A stretch of DNA of 64,000 nucleotides from an uncultured Acidobacteriaceae bacterium (GTDB lineage: Bacteria; Acidobacteriota; Terriglobia; Terriglobales; Acidobacteriaceae). Shown here piece by piece: positions 19,163-29,500 of the stretch (positions within the stretch are counted from its first letter, which is position 1; each line of letters starts with the position of its first letter). The stretch covers positions 1,706,522 through 1,770,521 of the forward strand of contig CAVQZI010000001.1 of NCBI GenBank assembly GCA_963718445.1, read 5' to 3'. Position numbers and translations under genes: made by a program. Under the pieces are notes generated by a model. It saw only the letters and a program-made list of their open reading frames with translations, was not told where the DNA came from and ran no database searches.

Positions 19163-20821
19163 CTAATAATGCCAGCCCTTCGTGTCAGTACCCGCCGGCG
19201 CGTGCGCCGCGATATGGTCCGCCATCATCCTGATGAACTCGCCCGGCTCCCACGGGAACCATCCATGACCTTTTTCAGGACGTCCATACTCAAATTTCGC
19301 GTGGGCCTCAGGATGCGACTTGAGGAGCTCTTCCATGTCATACACGGCCAGGTTCAAGTAGAAATTATCCATGTCGCCGACCCAGACGAAGATCTTGTCC
19401 GTAATCTGCGGTCCGATGCGCGCCCAGTTCGTTTGCAGGTAATACCGCAAGTCATAGCCCTGATCGCGCATGTAGTCGGCTACCGAGCGGTCGATCGCGC
19501 CCGTGCGCTTGTCCCACAGCGGCTTAGGATAGCCGTCGCCCCCAACCGGCCCATACACCGATTCCCAGGCCTCGAGCTGCTGGCCGGAGCGGCCGTGCGA
19601 TCCGAGCGCCTCTTCCAGTTGGCTCATCTGCCGCATGGTTTCAACTACCTGACCCTCGCCCGTGCGCATCAGCGGGCGCTCGCGCTGCACCCACTCGTAC
19701 CCCGGTACCTTGAATGCGCTGGCATCCTGGTAGATGTTCACCAGCTGGTAGTGGCGGAAATCAATCGGGTCGGGAAAGCCGGTAAACGTCCCGCCGAAAA
19801 ATTCGGGATGATAGAGCTGCAATGCAAGCGACTCCCATCCTCCGGTTGAGCCGCCCATCAACACACGTGCCCAGGGCTCGCGAATCGTGCGGAAATGTTC
19901 CTCCACATACGGAATCAGCTCCTGCATAATCGCATCGCCGTATGGACCGTTGTTGACGGAATTAACGGCGTAGGAATCGTCAAAGTACGGTGTCGGGTGT
20001 TGAAACTTCACGGCGATCATTCGCGGGAAATTTTCGCCGTTCCACGCCTGGAACGCCGAGTAGCGAAACTCGGCCGCCTTCGAGCCCGGCTCCGGGGGCT
20101 CCATCTGCATGAACAGTGGTGGCTGCAGGTTGAAGTGGTCTTGCTCGTACACCACGGGATAGCGCACGTTCGGGTGTTGGTCGTAGCCCTTGGGCAGCAG
20201 CACCGTCGCGCCAATGTACATCGGCCGGCCCCAGAAATGGCTGAGCAGGTTGCTTTCAAACTTAACCTGCTTTACCCACGGCGTGTCCGGCGGCACTTCA
20301 ACCGGCGGGATGACCTTGCTTGCTTCAAGCCTGATGTCGTATCTCTGTGCAGAGTCAAGGTGTACCTGCTTGACCTCGCTGTACAGGTTCCCCGGAGACT
20401 GGTTGAAGTGTTGGCCTTCCCACTGGTCCATGTGCGCCCAAATTACATGGCCGTCGACGCGATGGAACTCGGTGTATACGTCGACGAGCGCCTGAGCGTA
20501 GTAGTCGCCGGGAGGGATCTCTTTCAGGCCGTGCAGCGGATATCCGGGAGTGTCGGCGTCAATGATGCCGGGCTCGCCGGGACGAAGTGCGCTCACGTCG
20601 TTGCCGAAGAAGGGCGTCTCCTGTTGCCAGGAGCCGATCAGCTGCAGCAAATTGTCGCTCTGCTCGCGGCTGACGATCACGAACACTCGCCCCGTAATCG
20701 GTTGCGGCTGCACCGACTGCGGGACGACGACTTCAAATTTTGGACCGGTCTGCGCGGCGAGGCAAAGCGCATGCAGGAAGAGCAGCGCCGCCACGAACGC
20801 GGGTCTCAGAGGAAGTTGCAT
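19163..20821 (-). CDS. Secreted esterase-family alpha/beta hydrolase (putative esterase/enterochelin-esterase-like)
   Basis: GGSTGGWESLALQLYHPEFFGG nucleophile-elbow region. Signal peptide from the internal Met MQLPLRPAFVAALLFLHALCLAAQ; the track start at 20896 would overlap rplT. Confidence 0.55.
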   Translation of the reverse strand: MQLPLRPAFVAALLFLHALCLAAQTGPKFEVVVPQSVQPQPITGRVFVIVSREQSDNLLQLIGSWQQETPFFGNDVSALRPGEPGIIDADTPGYPLHGLKEIPPGDYYAQALVDVYTEFHRVDGHVIWAHMDQWEGQHFNQSPGNLYSEVKQVHLDSAQRYDIRLEASKVIPPVEVPPDTPWVKQVKFESNLLSHFWGRPMYIGATVLLPKGYDQHPNVRYPVVYEQDHFNLQPPLFMQMEPPEPGSKAAEFRYSAFQAWNGENFPRMIAVKFQHPTPYFDDSYAVNSVNNGPYGDAIMQELIPYVEEHFRTIREPWARVLMGGSTGGWESLALQLYHPEFFGGTFTGFPDPIDFRHYQLVNIYQDASAFKVPGYEWVQRERPLMRTGEGQVVETMRQMSQLEEALGSHGRSGQQLEAWESVYGPVGGDGYPKPLWDKRTGAIDRSVADYMRDQGYDLRYYLQTNWARIGPQITDKIFVWVGDMDNFYLNLAVYDMEELLKSHPEAHAKFEYGRPEKGHGWFPWEPGEFIRMMADHIAAHAPAGTDTKGWHY

Positions 20822-20865
20822 GGGGTGAGCTTGAACGCGATTCGCGCTTTGAACCGCCGCCGACG

Positions 20866-21222
20866 TTACGCCGCTGCGCTTTGCGCTTGCTTGCACAGCG
20901 CCGCAAACCCCGATGGATCATTCACCGCCAAATCGGCCAGGATCTTGCGGTCCAGCTCGATGCCGGCCTTCTTCAGTCCGCTGATGAACTTGCTGTAGCT
21001 CATGCCATTCAGCTTGGCGGCAGCGCCGATGCGCACAATCCAGATGGAACGGAACTGGCGTTTCTTCTGCTTGCGGCCACTGTAGGCGAATTTCAGGCCT
21101 CGCTCGACCGACTCTTTCGCCGAACGGTAGAGTTTGGATTTTGTCAGGTAATAGCCGCTTGCGCGATCCAGTATCTTTTTGCGGCGCGCACGGCGCTTGG
21201 TTCCACGTTTTACGCGAGGCAT
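20866..21222 (-). CDS. rplT: 50S ribosomal protein L20
   Basis: [18 protein letters not shown]...[15 protein letters not shown]. Confidence 0.97.
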   Translation of the reverse strand: MPRVKRGTKRRARRKKILDRASGYYLTKSKLYRSAKESVERGLKFAYSGRKQKKRQFRSIWIVRIGAAAKLNGMSYSKFISGLKKAGIELDRKILADLAVNDPSGFAALCKQAQSAAA

Positions 21223-21270
21223 TGCTGCTCCTTTTTCTTTGTTATCCCGTCAGCTTCTAAACAACTGATA

Positions 21271-21313
21271 TCGGGGCCCCCGACGAGCGCCGCTTTTGCG
21301 CTTGTTGGGGCTG
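21271..21313 (+). repeat. 43-nt REP-like hairpin element, copy C (rpmI-rplT spacer)
   Basis: TCGGGGCCCCCGACGAGCGCCGCTTTTGCGCTTGTTGGGGCTG. Confidence 0.75.
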
Positions 21314-21463
21314 ATGAAGCGGCTGGAGGCAAGAAGTTGACCACGCTCGTTGCCCGGTCTTACCAGGCTGCCGAGGGGCCGGAATAGCCTCTTCACACGC
21401 TGTTGACCGTCTTGGCCGGAAGGCCGAAGCCGGTTTCCGCAATATGCGGAGTCGCGGATCCCG

Positions 21464-21658
21464 CTAGTAGGGGATCATGCGCTTGATTTTGGGCACGTCG
21501 GCCTTGTCAAGCATCACGTCTTTGTCGAGCTGGCGCTTGCGCTTCGTGCCCTTTGAAGTCAGGATGTGGCGCTTGAACGCGTGACCACGTTTGATCTTGC
21601 CCGTGCCCGTCTTTTTGAAGCGTTTGGCCGCTCCGCTATGTGTCTTCAGCTTTGGCAT
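21464..21658 (-). CDS. rpmI: 50S ribosomal protein L35
   Basis: [34 protein letters not shown]. Confidence 0.95.
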   Translation of the reverse strand: MPKLKTHSGAAKRFKKTGTGKIKRGHAFKRHILTSKGTKRKRQLDKDVMLDKADVPKIKRMIPY

Positions 21659-21766
21659 AGTTATTTTTCTATTACAACATACAACGCGCAAATTGGGCCA
21701 GCTCGGACGCCTATTACTCGAGCACCGCAACGAGTCCGGCGCGCAAACGGACTAGCTTTAAATTCT

Positions 21767-21790
21767 GGCGAAGAGCGAAAAGCGAACACG
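21767..21790 (-). repeat. TCGCTCTTCGCTTTTCGC word element (infC-rpmI spacer)
   Basis: The reverse complement matches the copies at 3556 and 7572. Confidence 0.6.
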
Positions 21791-21793
21791 ACT

Positions 21794-22396
21794 TTACTGC
21801 GGTTGCTGTGGCGGAGCCGGTGGACGCGGCGGCGGCGCGGCGCTCTTCTCCGGCTTCGGGCCAGATGGCTTTGCTCCCGGCTGGACCTTCGGTGGTGCAA
21901 GGATGAGGTGCAGCGTATTGCCTTCCTGTCGCGGACGAAACTCCACGACCGCCTTGTCGCCGAGGTCCTGAATCAATCGATCCAGAATCCCGCGTCCCAG
22001 TCCCTGCCGCGTCATCTCGCGTCCACGGAAGAAGATCGTCGCCTTCACCTTGTCGCCTTCGCCGAGAAAGCGCAGCACGTGGTTCTTCTTGGTCTCGTAG
22101 TCGTGGTCGTCCACGTTGATGCGGAACTTCACTTCCTTGACCGTGATCTGGTGCTGATGCTTCTTGGCTTCGCGCTCGCGCTTTTCCTGCTGGTACAGGT
22201 ATTTCCCGTAATCCATGATGCGGCAAACCGGCGGCTGCGCGGTGGGCGAGACTTCTACCAGGTCGAGGTTTTTTTCGCGGGCTTTTTTCAGCGCTTCGAA
22301 GGGCGGCATCACGCCAAGCTGGTTGCCCTCATCGTCGATAACGCGAATTTCGCGTGCACGAATACGATCATTCGTGCGGATAAAACGTTTGTCGAT
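21794..22396 (-). CDS. infC: Translation initiation factor IF-3, probable non-AUG (ATC) start
   Basis: IRAREIRVIDDEGNQLGVM...KEVKFRINVDDHDYETK. GGAGGA lies 4 nt before the ATC at 22396. The track ORF to 22507 adds an implausible N-terminal extension. Confidence 0.85.
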   Translation of the reverse strand: MDKRFIRTNDRIRAREIRVIDDEGNQLGVMPPFEALKKAREKNLDLVEVSPTAQPPVCRIMDYGKYLYQQEKREREAKKHQHQITVKEVKFRINVDDHDYETKKNHVLRFLGEGDKVKATIFFRGREMTRQGLGRGILDRLIQDLGDKAVVEFRPRQEGNTLHLILAPPKVQPGAKPSGPKPEKSAAPPPRPPAPPQQPQ

Positions 22397-22496
22397 ACAG
22401 TCCTCCGCTGTAACTGTAGTAGTTGAAAGTATAGCATGGGATGAAAGTTGATTCCGGAGGGCGGTGCACGCAGTTCTTGGGTTGGCGAACACGTTG

Positions 22497-22575
22497 TATC
22501 GGGGCACGGCTTCAGCCGTGCTCGGGCAAACAGCAGGCCCTCCACTCGCCGCTGACGCGGCTCGCTCGGGGTGAC
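22497..22575 (-). repeat. Composite of two repeat families (GTCAYCCCGAGCG..GAGTGGAGGG.CCTGCT plus GGCACGGCTTCAGCCGTGC hairpin)
   Basis: On the minus strand it reads GTCACCCCGAGCGAGCC...GCGAGTGGAGGGCCTGCTGTTTG CCCGAGCACGGCTGAAGCCGTGCCCCGATAC. The same two families are adjacent at 55012-55219. Confidence 0.65.
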
Positions 22576-22612
22576 AAAAAGAAAAAGAAGAAGAGAGAGC
22601 GTGACGGCGCAG

Positions 22613-23959
22613 CTAGAGCTGCGCCCCTTCAAAGCCGATCAGCGTGTCATCCCGCACGGCCTCAATCCGGACTCGTATTTGCTGATTAGCGTGGCACTGT
22701 CCCCTTACTCGCAGCTTCAAATAATTGTCGGTCAGGGCTTCGGTGAACTCACCATCGTAGTGCGTCAAGGTAATCGCTTCGACATCGCGGCCGATGAACG
22801 ACTGCATGAATCTGCGCTTCTTCTCGGCTGCCAACTCGCGCAGCACGCGATTGCGTTCCCGCGCGATCTGTACCGGAACTTGCTCTGCCATCGCTGCCGA
22901 CGGCGTGCCCGGGCGCGAGGAATACGTGAACACGTGAAGGTACGTGAAAGGCAGGTGGTCGATGAACGCTCGCGTCTGCTCGAAGTTGTCGTCGGTCTCG
23001 CCGGGGAAGCCGACCATCACGTCGGCCCCAATTGCGGCATCCGGCATGGCTCGGCGAATGCGCTCGATGCGATCCGCGTAATGCCATGGGCGGTACTTGC
23101 GATGCATCTTCCGCAGAATACGATCGCTCCCGGATTGCAGCGGCACGTGCGCGTGCTTGCAAATGCGGGTTGACGTTGCCACCAATTCGATCAGTTCATC
23201 CGTCCAGTCCATCGGCTCGACCGAGCTGATCCGAAGCTTTTCAATCGCCGTGCGCTCCAGTATTGCTCGAAGCATCGCGGCGAAACTTGTGGGCGGCGTC
23301 AGCTCGCGACCCCAGCGCCCAAGGTTGATGCCCGAGAGAACGATTTCGCGATAGCCGTTTGCTACCAAGGCATCAACTTCGTGTAGCACCTGTTCCAGTT
23401 TTAGCGAGCGGCTCTTGCCCCGAACGTAGGGGATGATGCAAAACGAGCAGCGATTATTGCAGCCATCCTGCACTTTTAAATTGGGGCGGGTCTTCTCGAA
23501 TGTGTCGCCGCCAAACACCGGCGCAGCCGTGAGTTCGGTGTGCGCAAAGATGTCACCGACGATGACATTCGGCCCACCATTCACGCCAATGTGCGCCAGC
23601 GGAACGAAACCCGAGTCACTAACTGGCGGCCTGACGTACTCAGCAAGTTGATGCTTATGGGAGTTGCCGATTACGAGACTCACCCCCGGTATCGCGGACA
23701 ACTCCTCCGGCGCGCGCTGCGCATAACAGCCAGTCACCAGGATTTGCGCTCCCGGATTTTCGCGATGAATGCGGCGAATGGCGGCCCGTGCGTCCTGATC
23801 GGCAGCCGCCGTCACCGTGCATGTGTTGAGAACGACCACTTCTGCGTGGTTCGGCGCGTCAGCTCGCAACAAGCCACGATCGAGCAGTTGCCGCTCGATA
23901 GACGCGCCGTCGGCCTGCGTCGCTCGGCATCCGAAATTCTCAACATGATAGGTCGCCAC
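22613..23959 (-). CDS. mtaB: Radical-SAM tRNA methylthiotransferase, MtaB-like
   Basis: N-terminal FGCRATQ...LNTCTVT...VTGCYAQ Cys triad, radical-SAM CNNRCSFCIIP, and a C-terminal TRAM-like region. Confidence 0.8.
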   Translation of the reverse strand: MATYHVENFGCRATQADGASIERQLLDRGLLRADAPNHAEVVVLNTCTVTAAADQDARAAIRRIHRENPGAQILVTGCYAQRAPEELSAIPGVSLVIGNSHKHQLAEYVRPPVSDSGFVPLAHIGVNGGPNVIVGDIFAHTELTAAPVFGGDTFEKTRPNLKVQDGCNNRCSFCIIPYVRGKSRSLKLEQVLHEVDALVANGYREIVLSGINLGRWGRELTPPTSFAAMLRAILERTAIEKLRISSVEPMDWTDELIELVATSTRICKHAHVPLQSGSDRILRKMHRKYRPWHYADRIERIRRAMPDAAIGADVMVGFPGETDDNFEQTRAFIDHLPFTYLHVFTYSSRPGTPSAAMAEQVPVQIARERNRVLRELAAEKKRRFMQSFIGRDVEAITLTHYDGEFTEALTDNYLKLRVRGQCHANQQIRVRIEAVRDDTLIGFEGAQL

Positions 23960-24126
23960 CGAATGATTATACTGAGCGCCAAGATACGCCTGGTTTTGCG
24001 TCGGAGGTTTTCAGGGTGTAGGATGATGTCAATCAAGTGAGCCGTTGACGAATTGCAACTGATTTTGGCCCACTCGCATCTCATGAAACCCATTGCTCGC
24101 TAGGGTGCCGGCCCTTGGAGTTCCCC

Positions 24127-24585
24127 ATGAAACGTCGCATTTTGTTGGTCGATGATGAGCTCGCAATTCTTCTCACACTCCGTGCCATCCTCGAGATGAA
24201 TGGCTTCGAAGTGGACACCGCCGCGTCTTCCAAGGAAGCACAAAACAAATTGAAGGACGGCGTCTACGAGATGGTCATTACTGACATGCGCATGGAAACT
24301 GAGACCGCCGGTTACGACGTTATCCGCACTGCTCGTCAGCAACCCTATGATCCCGCCACAGCCTTGCTCACCGCCTATCCGTCACTCGGAAACGAATGGA
24401 AGAGCAAGGGGGTCCAATCTCTACTCGTTAAGCCAGTCAACACCGATGAGCTGCTGCGTCAACTGGAAGCGTTGCTGATCACTCACCAGGACCACAAGAT
24501 GTTGTCCCAGAAGAGCGACAAGAAGGCTGCCGTGCCCAGCGCCCCGCGGACGGACCGGCAAGCAGCCGCGAAACGGGCGCACTAA
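24127..24585 (+). CDS. Stand-alone response regulator receiver protein (CheY-like)
   Basis: KRRILLVDDE...VITDMRM...LVKP receiver motifs. GGAG lies 6 nt before the ATG at 24127. No output domain, only a basic tail. Confidence 0.85.
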   Translation: MKRRILLVDDELAILLTLRAILEMNGFEVDTAASSKEAQNKLKDGVYEMVITDMRMETETAGYDVIRTARQQPYDPATALLTAYPSLGNEWKSKGVQSLLVKPVNTDELLRQLEALLITHQDHKMLSQKSDKKAAVPSAPRTDRQAAAKRAH

Positions 24586-24617
24586 GGAATCCCATTATTC
24601 CAGTTATTAATCGTGAT

Positions 24618-25538
24618 CTATCGGGTAGTGACCCGGGGGACCGATGCTGCCTGCAACTTGGGCAGCGGTAGTGTCCACAGTTGCTCTGGGTCGATGAACG
24701 CTCCCTGCCAGCGCGCTGCCAAGTGGAGGTGCGGTCCCGTGACCCGGCCCGTCGCTCCTGACAGTCCGATCTCCTGACCGGTTTGCACCTTCTGCCCTTC
24801 GCTGACCTCGATCTGCGATAAATGCATGTAGATGGTCGTGAACTGATGGCCGTGATCGATGATGACGCAGTTGCCTTCGTAAAACAGTTCACGCGCCAGT
24901 ACCACTGCGCCGCCGTTTGCTGCGGATATGGGCGAGCCCGGCGCTGCATGATAGTCAACTCCCCGATGAATGCTGGCCAGCTTGCCGTTGAAGGTGCGTC
25001 GGGTGCCGAATGCTTCCGAAATTGCCGAATCAATAGGGGGACGAAATGCCCCTGACCACTCAGCTGAATTCTGCTCCGAGAAAGCGGCGTGCTTAAGCTG
25101 CTCATCGGCCTCGATCCGCACAAGAGTCTCCCGATCCGGTTCTACGAAGCGATGCGGCACTTTCAGTTGTTCGGTCGCGAATTTTGCCCGGGTCACCAGC
25201 ACTGATCGCTGCTCCCGGATCTGACTCCCATTTGCCAGGGTCGCCTGAACTTCCAGCGGGTAATACGCGGGCTTGGTTTCTACATCCACGCCGGCGAGTG
25301 CGTACCAGATATGTCCATCGGGAGAAGCGACGAATGCCAATTCACGTTTTTGCCATCGGCCGTTGACGCTTGTAGCCGGCACCGTCATCTCAACTCGAAA
25401 GATGCATGGTGAGCCGGTCATGATCTTTTGTGGAGCCCATGAGATCTTGTGAAAGCCGCTGCTGATTTCCCCCGGGGACGTGCCTGCGAGCACCATCCAT
25501 GAGACAACTATGAGCACAAGCCTAAATGGGTACTTCAT
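24618..25538 (-). CDS. Secreted M23 (LytM-type) metallopeptidase
   Basis: HRGVDYHAAPGSPI...IIDHGHQFTTIYMHLS...GATGRVTGPHLHL. Signal peptide from MKYPFRLVLIVVSW. Confidence 0.9.
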   Translation of the reverse strand: MKYPFRLVLIVVSWMVLAGTSPGEISSGFHKISWAPQKIMTGSPCIFRVEMTVPATSVNGRWQKRELAFVASPDGHIWYALAGVDVETKPAYYPLEVQATLANGSQIREQRSVLVTRAKFATEQLKVPHRFVEPDRETLVRIEADEQLKHAAFSEQNSAEWSGAFRPPIDSAISEAFGTRRTFNGKLASIHRGVDYHAAPGSPISAANGGAVVLARELFYEGNCVIIDHGHQFTTIYMHLSQIEVSEGQKVQTGQEIGLSGATGRVTGPHLHLAARWQGAFIDPEQLWTLPLPKLQAASVPRVTTR

Positions 25539-25617
25539 ATTTGCTGCCAGGTGAGGACACATATCCCGAGGCGTCCAGACTAGAACGACGGCTACAGAAA
25601 GACTGAAATTCCGCTGG

Positions 25618-25926
25618 TCAGGCAGTGGCAGCGTTGGTGCGTCGCTGCTGGAAGCACTCCCGACAGAAGACAGGCCGGCCTTGCGTGGGTCGGAAGGGCA
25701 CGGTGGTCTCCTTACCGCACTCCGAGCAATTGGTTCGCGTCTCCACTTTCGGATAGTTCCCCGGAGTGGTAGTCCCCAGTGTTGAGGCCCGCTTCGCCTT
25801 GCAGGATTTACAACGTTTGGGTTCGTTCTTGAACTGCTTGTCGTGAAAGAACAGTTGTTCGCCCGCCGTGAACACGAAGTCAGCGCCGCAGTCGATGCAC
25901 TTCAGAACCTTGTCCTGGTATTCCAT
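25618..25926 (-). CDS. Zinc-ribbon protein (two CxxC pairs twice)
   Basis: CIDCGADFVFTAGEQLFF...CKSCK and CSECGKETTVPFRPTQGRPVFCRECF. GAAGGGAG Shine-Dalgarno. Confidence 0.7.
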   Translation of the reverse strand: MEYQDKVLKCIDCGADFVFTAGEQLFFHDKQFKNEPKRCKSCKAKRASTLGTTTPGNYPKVETRTNCSECGKETTVPFRPTQGRPVFCRECFQQRRTNAATA

Positions 25927-26129
25927 GGAGAGTTGCTCCCTTCAGCCCGCGACTCCCGAGCACATGAACGGGGTCAACTTGCGAAGCACAGGAGAACCGG
26001 ACTGAGCGTTCCGGCTGGCGATCGCAAATTCCAGTGCTCAGGTATATCTCCCTGGGTTCGGCCCCCATGCGCAAACGCATGGCACTGCTGATAAAACTGC
26101 GGTTCGACTCGATGAAAATCGCTGCCAGT

Positions 26130-26165
26130 ATCGAAAAGCAAGGGCCGCCATCGCGACGGCGGCCC
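26130..26165 (-). terminator. Rho-independent terminator after rpsU
   Basis: Minus strand GGGCCGCC GTCGCGAT GGCGGCCC followed by TTGCTTTT. Confidence 0.6.
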
Positions 26166-26173
26166 ACTTTGAA

Positions 26174-26371
26174 TTAGTCCTGCTCTTTCCGAGCCTTCTT
26201 TCGGCTACGCTTCTGCGCCAGCGCTTCCTTTACGCGCTTCTTCTCGCCAGGCTTGAGGTAAAAGGAATGACGCTTTACTTCCTTGATGATGTCCTCTTGC
26301 TGGACCTTGCGCTTGAAACGTCGCAGGGCATTCTCTACCGCTTCGCCCTCTTGAATGCGAACTTCCGCCAA
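26174..26371 (-). CDS. rpsU: 30S ribosomal protein S21
   Basis: (M)AEVRIQEGEAVENALRRFKRKVQQEDIIKEVKRHSFYLKPGEKKR. Probable TTG start at 26371. Confidence 0.9.
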   Translation of the reverse strand: MAEVRIQEGEAVENALRRFKRKVQQEDIIKEVKRHSFYLKPGEKKRVKEALAQKRSRKKARKEQD

Positions 26372-26526
26372 ACAGGAAACACCCCCAAACACGCCCACAA
26401 TGGACTCTAGTAGTTAGCCTGTGTTACAGAGGGAAGTCAAGCGAAGACTTACGTAGCCAACTATCGCGGACTAGCACGAAATTGTCTGGGCATGGCACGA
26501 AGGTAGGACACGGTGGTTCCTGCTGT

Positions 26527-29500
26527 TTAGAAACCAACCCTTAATGAGAACTGCACTTGCCGCGGGGCGTACGCATTGGTCGGAGTCATGAAGCCTGAAT
26601 TCACCAGGAACATGCCGGGATAAACCTTTCCCTTCACGGTTGTAGTGTACGCGACAAACTGTCCCGCTGAATTGTAGAAGCCATCATCACTGATCTGCAC
26701 ACGGCTGTTGGTTCGATTGAATACATTGAATGATTCTGCGGCAACGTTCCACGTGACATGCTCGCCGCATTTGATGACGCGTGTCACGCGCAGGTCGGTG
26801 CTGAAGTAATCGGGACCGAGAAAAGCATTTCTCGTGTAGCCTGGCAGCCGATCGTTGTAGATATTCCCATCGCCATTGGCATCGCCGGCCAGCGTTGCAT
26901 TGACCGGTCGCCCCGAACCAGCAGTAATCACGCTAGACAGTTTCCAGTGATCAGCAAGCGCGTTGAGCATGCCGTGATCGAACTTGAACTTGGGTTCTGC
27001 CACCCACGCCGCCACGAAACGATGCCGTTGTTGCGTGACACTCGGCCCCCATTCCAGAGAGGGGACGTAGGAATTCTGCACATTTCCAGGCCGGCCGATC
27101 ACCAGCGCATCAGGTCCATCATCCTTGGCGCTGGCCAGCGTGTAGCCCACCTGGAAGTACATACCGTGATTCATCTGTCGCTTAAGCAAGAAGCTCAATC
27201 CGCTGTAGATACTGCTCGATTCGCTTTCGTAAGAGTTGATCGCACCCAAACGCGGGTCGGGCCGCTGCACTGGGTTGATACACGGAGGGTAGGGACATGT
27301 GACAGAGGGAGTGGTTTGCCAGGTTGCAAACGAGGCGACATCATACGTGCCGAGAAACACCGATCCAGTGTCGTTGTAGACGGGATATTCCGTGATCGTC
27401 GGCTTGGGAAGGTTCCTGTCAAGCGAACGTATCTCATGAATGCCATGCACGTATTCGTAGCCGATGCCGGCAATGATGCCGTGTCCCAATTCGCGCTGGG
27501 CAGATACATTGGCCTGTTCCGTGTGTGGCGTCTGGAAGTTCGGCGAGAAGGCTGAAATATTCGTCGTTAAATATGGCGCCAGCGCTTTTGGGGCTGTACA
27601 AACTGTCATCCCCGAGCAATTGACCAGCGCGTTCGGATAGCTCGGGATCAGCGCCGCCTGCGCGGGCACCATCATGTCCAGGCGAACCTCCGTCTGCTGC
27701 AATCCATTCTCGGTGACAACTTGCGATGCGTACATGGCCGGGATCGGCATGTAGAACAGTCCAGCCCCGCCGCGAATCACCAGCGGATGATGGTCGCCGA
27801 CGGAGTAGGCAAAGCCGAGTCTCGGCGAGAAATTGTTGAGGTCCGTCGGCACCTTACCCGAGGGCGCATACAAGGGATTGCTGACCAGCGAACCTGGCTC
27901 GAAGGTTTGCAGGTCGTAGCGCAATCCCAGGTTGAGCGTGAACTTCTCCGTAACTCGCACCGTGTTCTGCACGAACGCGCCATAGAAGCGCGAGTTGGGA
28001 TTCGATGCCGCGTTCCCAAAGTCTTGCATGTAATAGCGTGGTACATCGTGGGCATAGGCGCGCAGCGGCGTCAGCGGCTCACCATGTTTCTCCGGAGCGA
28101 ACGTGAACGGATTAACCTTCACGTCGCTGAAATAGTATTCGCCGCCAAACAAGTACGGGTAGTAGTTATAGATCCACGCCTGAATGAAGTCGCCGCCGAA
28201 CTTCCAGTGCATGCGGCCATGCTCATAGCTGAGAGTTTCCGCCACATGCAGCTTACGTTCGCGAGTCTCGCGCGGAAGCATGCTCGACCCTCCAAATCCG
28301 TTGACCAGGTCATAAATCCGGGACCAGGGCTGATCGGAGTTTGTGGTGGATTGCTGTAAATCGCGCGAAAACTGCACCCGCAGATTAGTGGCGAGGTTGT
28401 TGGACCAGGAACTGATCAGCGCCGCTGCCACGCTTTCCGTGTGTACATTCTCCGTCCCATTGGCACTGGCGGCATAACCTGTCAGCGGGCTGGATGGGTC
28501 AAAAAAAACATTGTTGATTCCTGTCAGCATGGATGTACTCACCCGCACAAACGCCAGCTGTTTGGGGGTGAGATTGAAATCAAGCTTGGCAAATCCGGCG
28601 TTCCCTTGCATGTTGGTCGGATATGTCCCGCCCATGCTGTCCAGCTTCTGGGCCGCCGCGAAGACCAGCTGCCTATCCAGATAGTCGTAATCGCCGACTC
28701 GAGGGACTACGGTCATAGTGCCGCCGCCGAATTGGACGATGGAGGGGACCGTCAGCAGGTGCTGATCAAAGCCGGCGTAAAGAAAAATGCGGTCTTTGCG
28801 TATCGGCCCCCCAAATGACCCGCCGAATTGTTGTTGGCGGTCGTCAGGCTTGGTGTCAGCATAGGGTTGTTGCGCGTCGAATAGGCTGTCGCGGAGGTAA
28901 TAAAACCCGCTGCCATGCCACTGATTGCTCCCCGACTTTGTAGCTACGTTGAACACGGCGCCGCCCGACCGCCCTACTTCGGCACTGTATGAATTCTTCG
29001 CAATACGAAATTCCTTGATCACCTCATTGCTAAATTGATACGGTGCGCGGTAGCGGCCGTTCGCCTGGGCAAAGAACGAATTGTTGTCGTCCATCCCGTC
29101 AACCAGAAAACTATTCTGGAAACCGCGTACTCCTCCAACCGAAAGATCGCCGTTCGAATCTGATGTGAGCCCGCGAGGATCCTGGACCACATCGGACGAC
29201 AGCAACGCAAGATCGGTGAAGCGCCGCCCATTCAAAGGCAAGCCTGCGATTGCCTGCTGCGTCACTACACTCGAAATTTCGCCGCTTTGCGTCTCCAACA
29301 GCACCGGCGGCGCGACAACTGTGATCTCCTGGGTTATAGCCGCCGGAGCCAGTCGCAGTTGCACTGCGGAGACTCCGCCCACCAGCAGTTCGACTCCTCG
29401 GCTCGTCTTGGTCGCCATGCCGGGAGCTGAAGCGGTGACGTCATACCGCCCCGGCGGAAGCATGCCGAAGTTGAAACTGCCCTGAGCATCGGTGCGGGTC

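Noticed and set aside
19895-20998. 367-aa plus-strand ORF (and the similar 21566-22426 ORF, 286 aa)
   Set aside because: Antisense to the esterase/rplT and to infC respectively. No motifs, and the genuine genes on the other strand are well supported.
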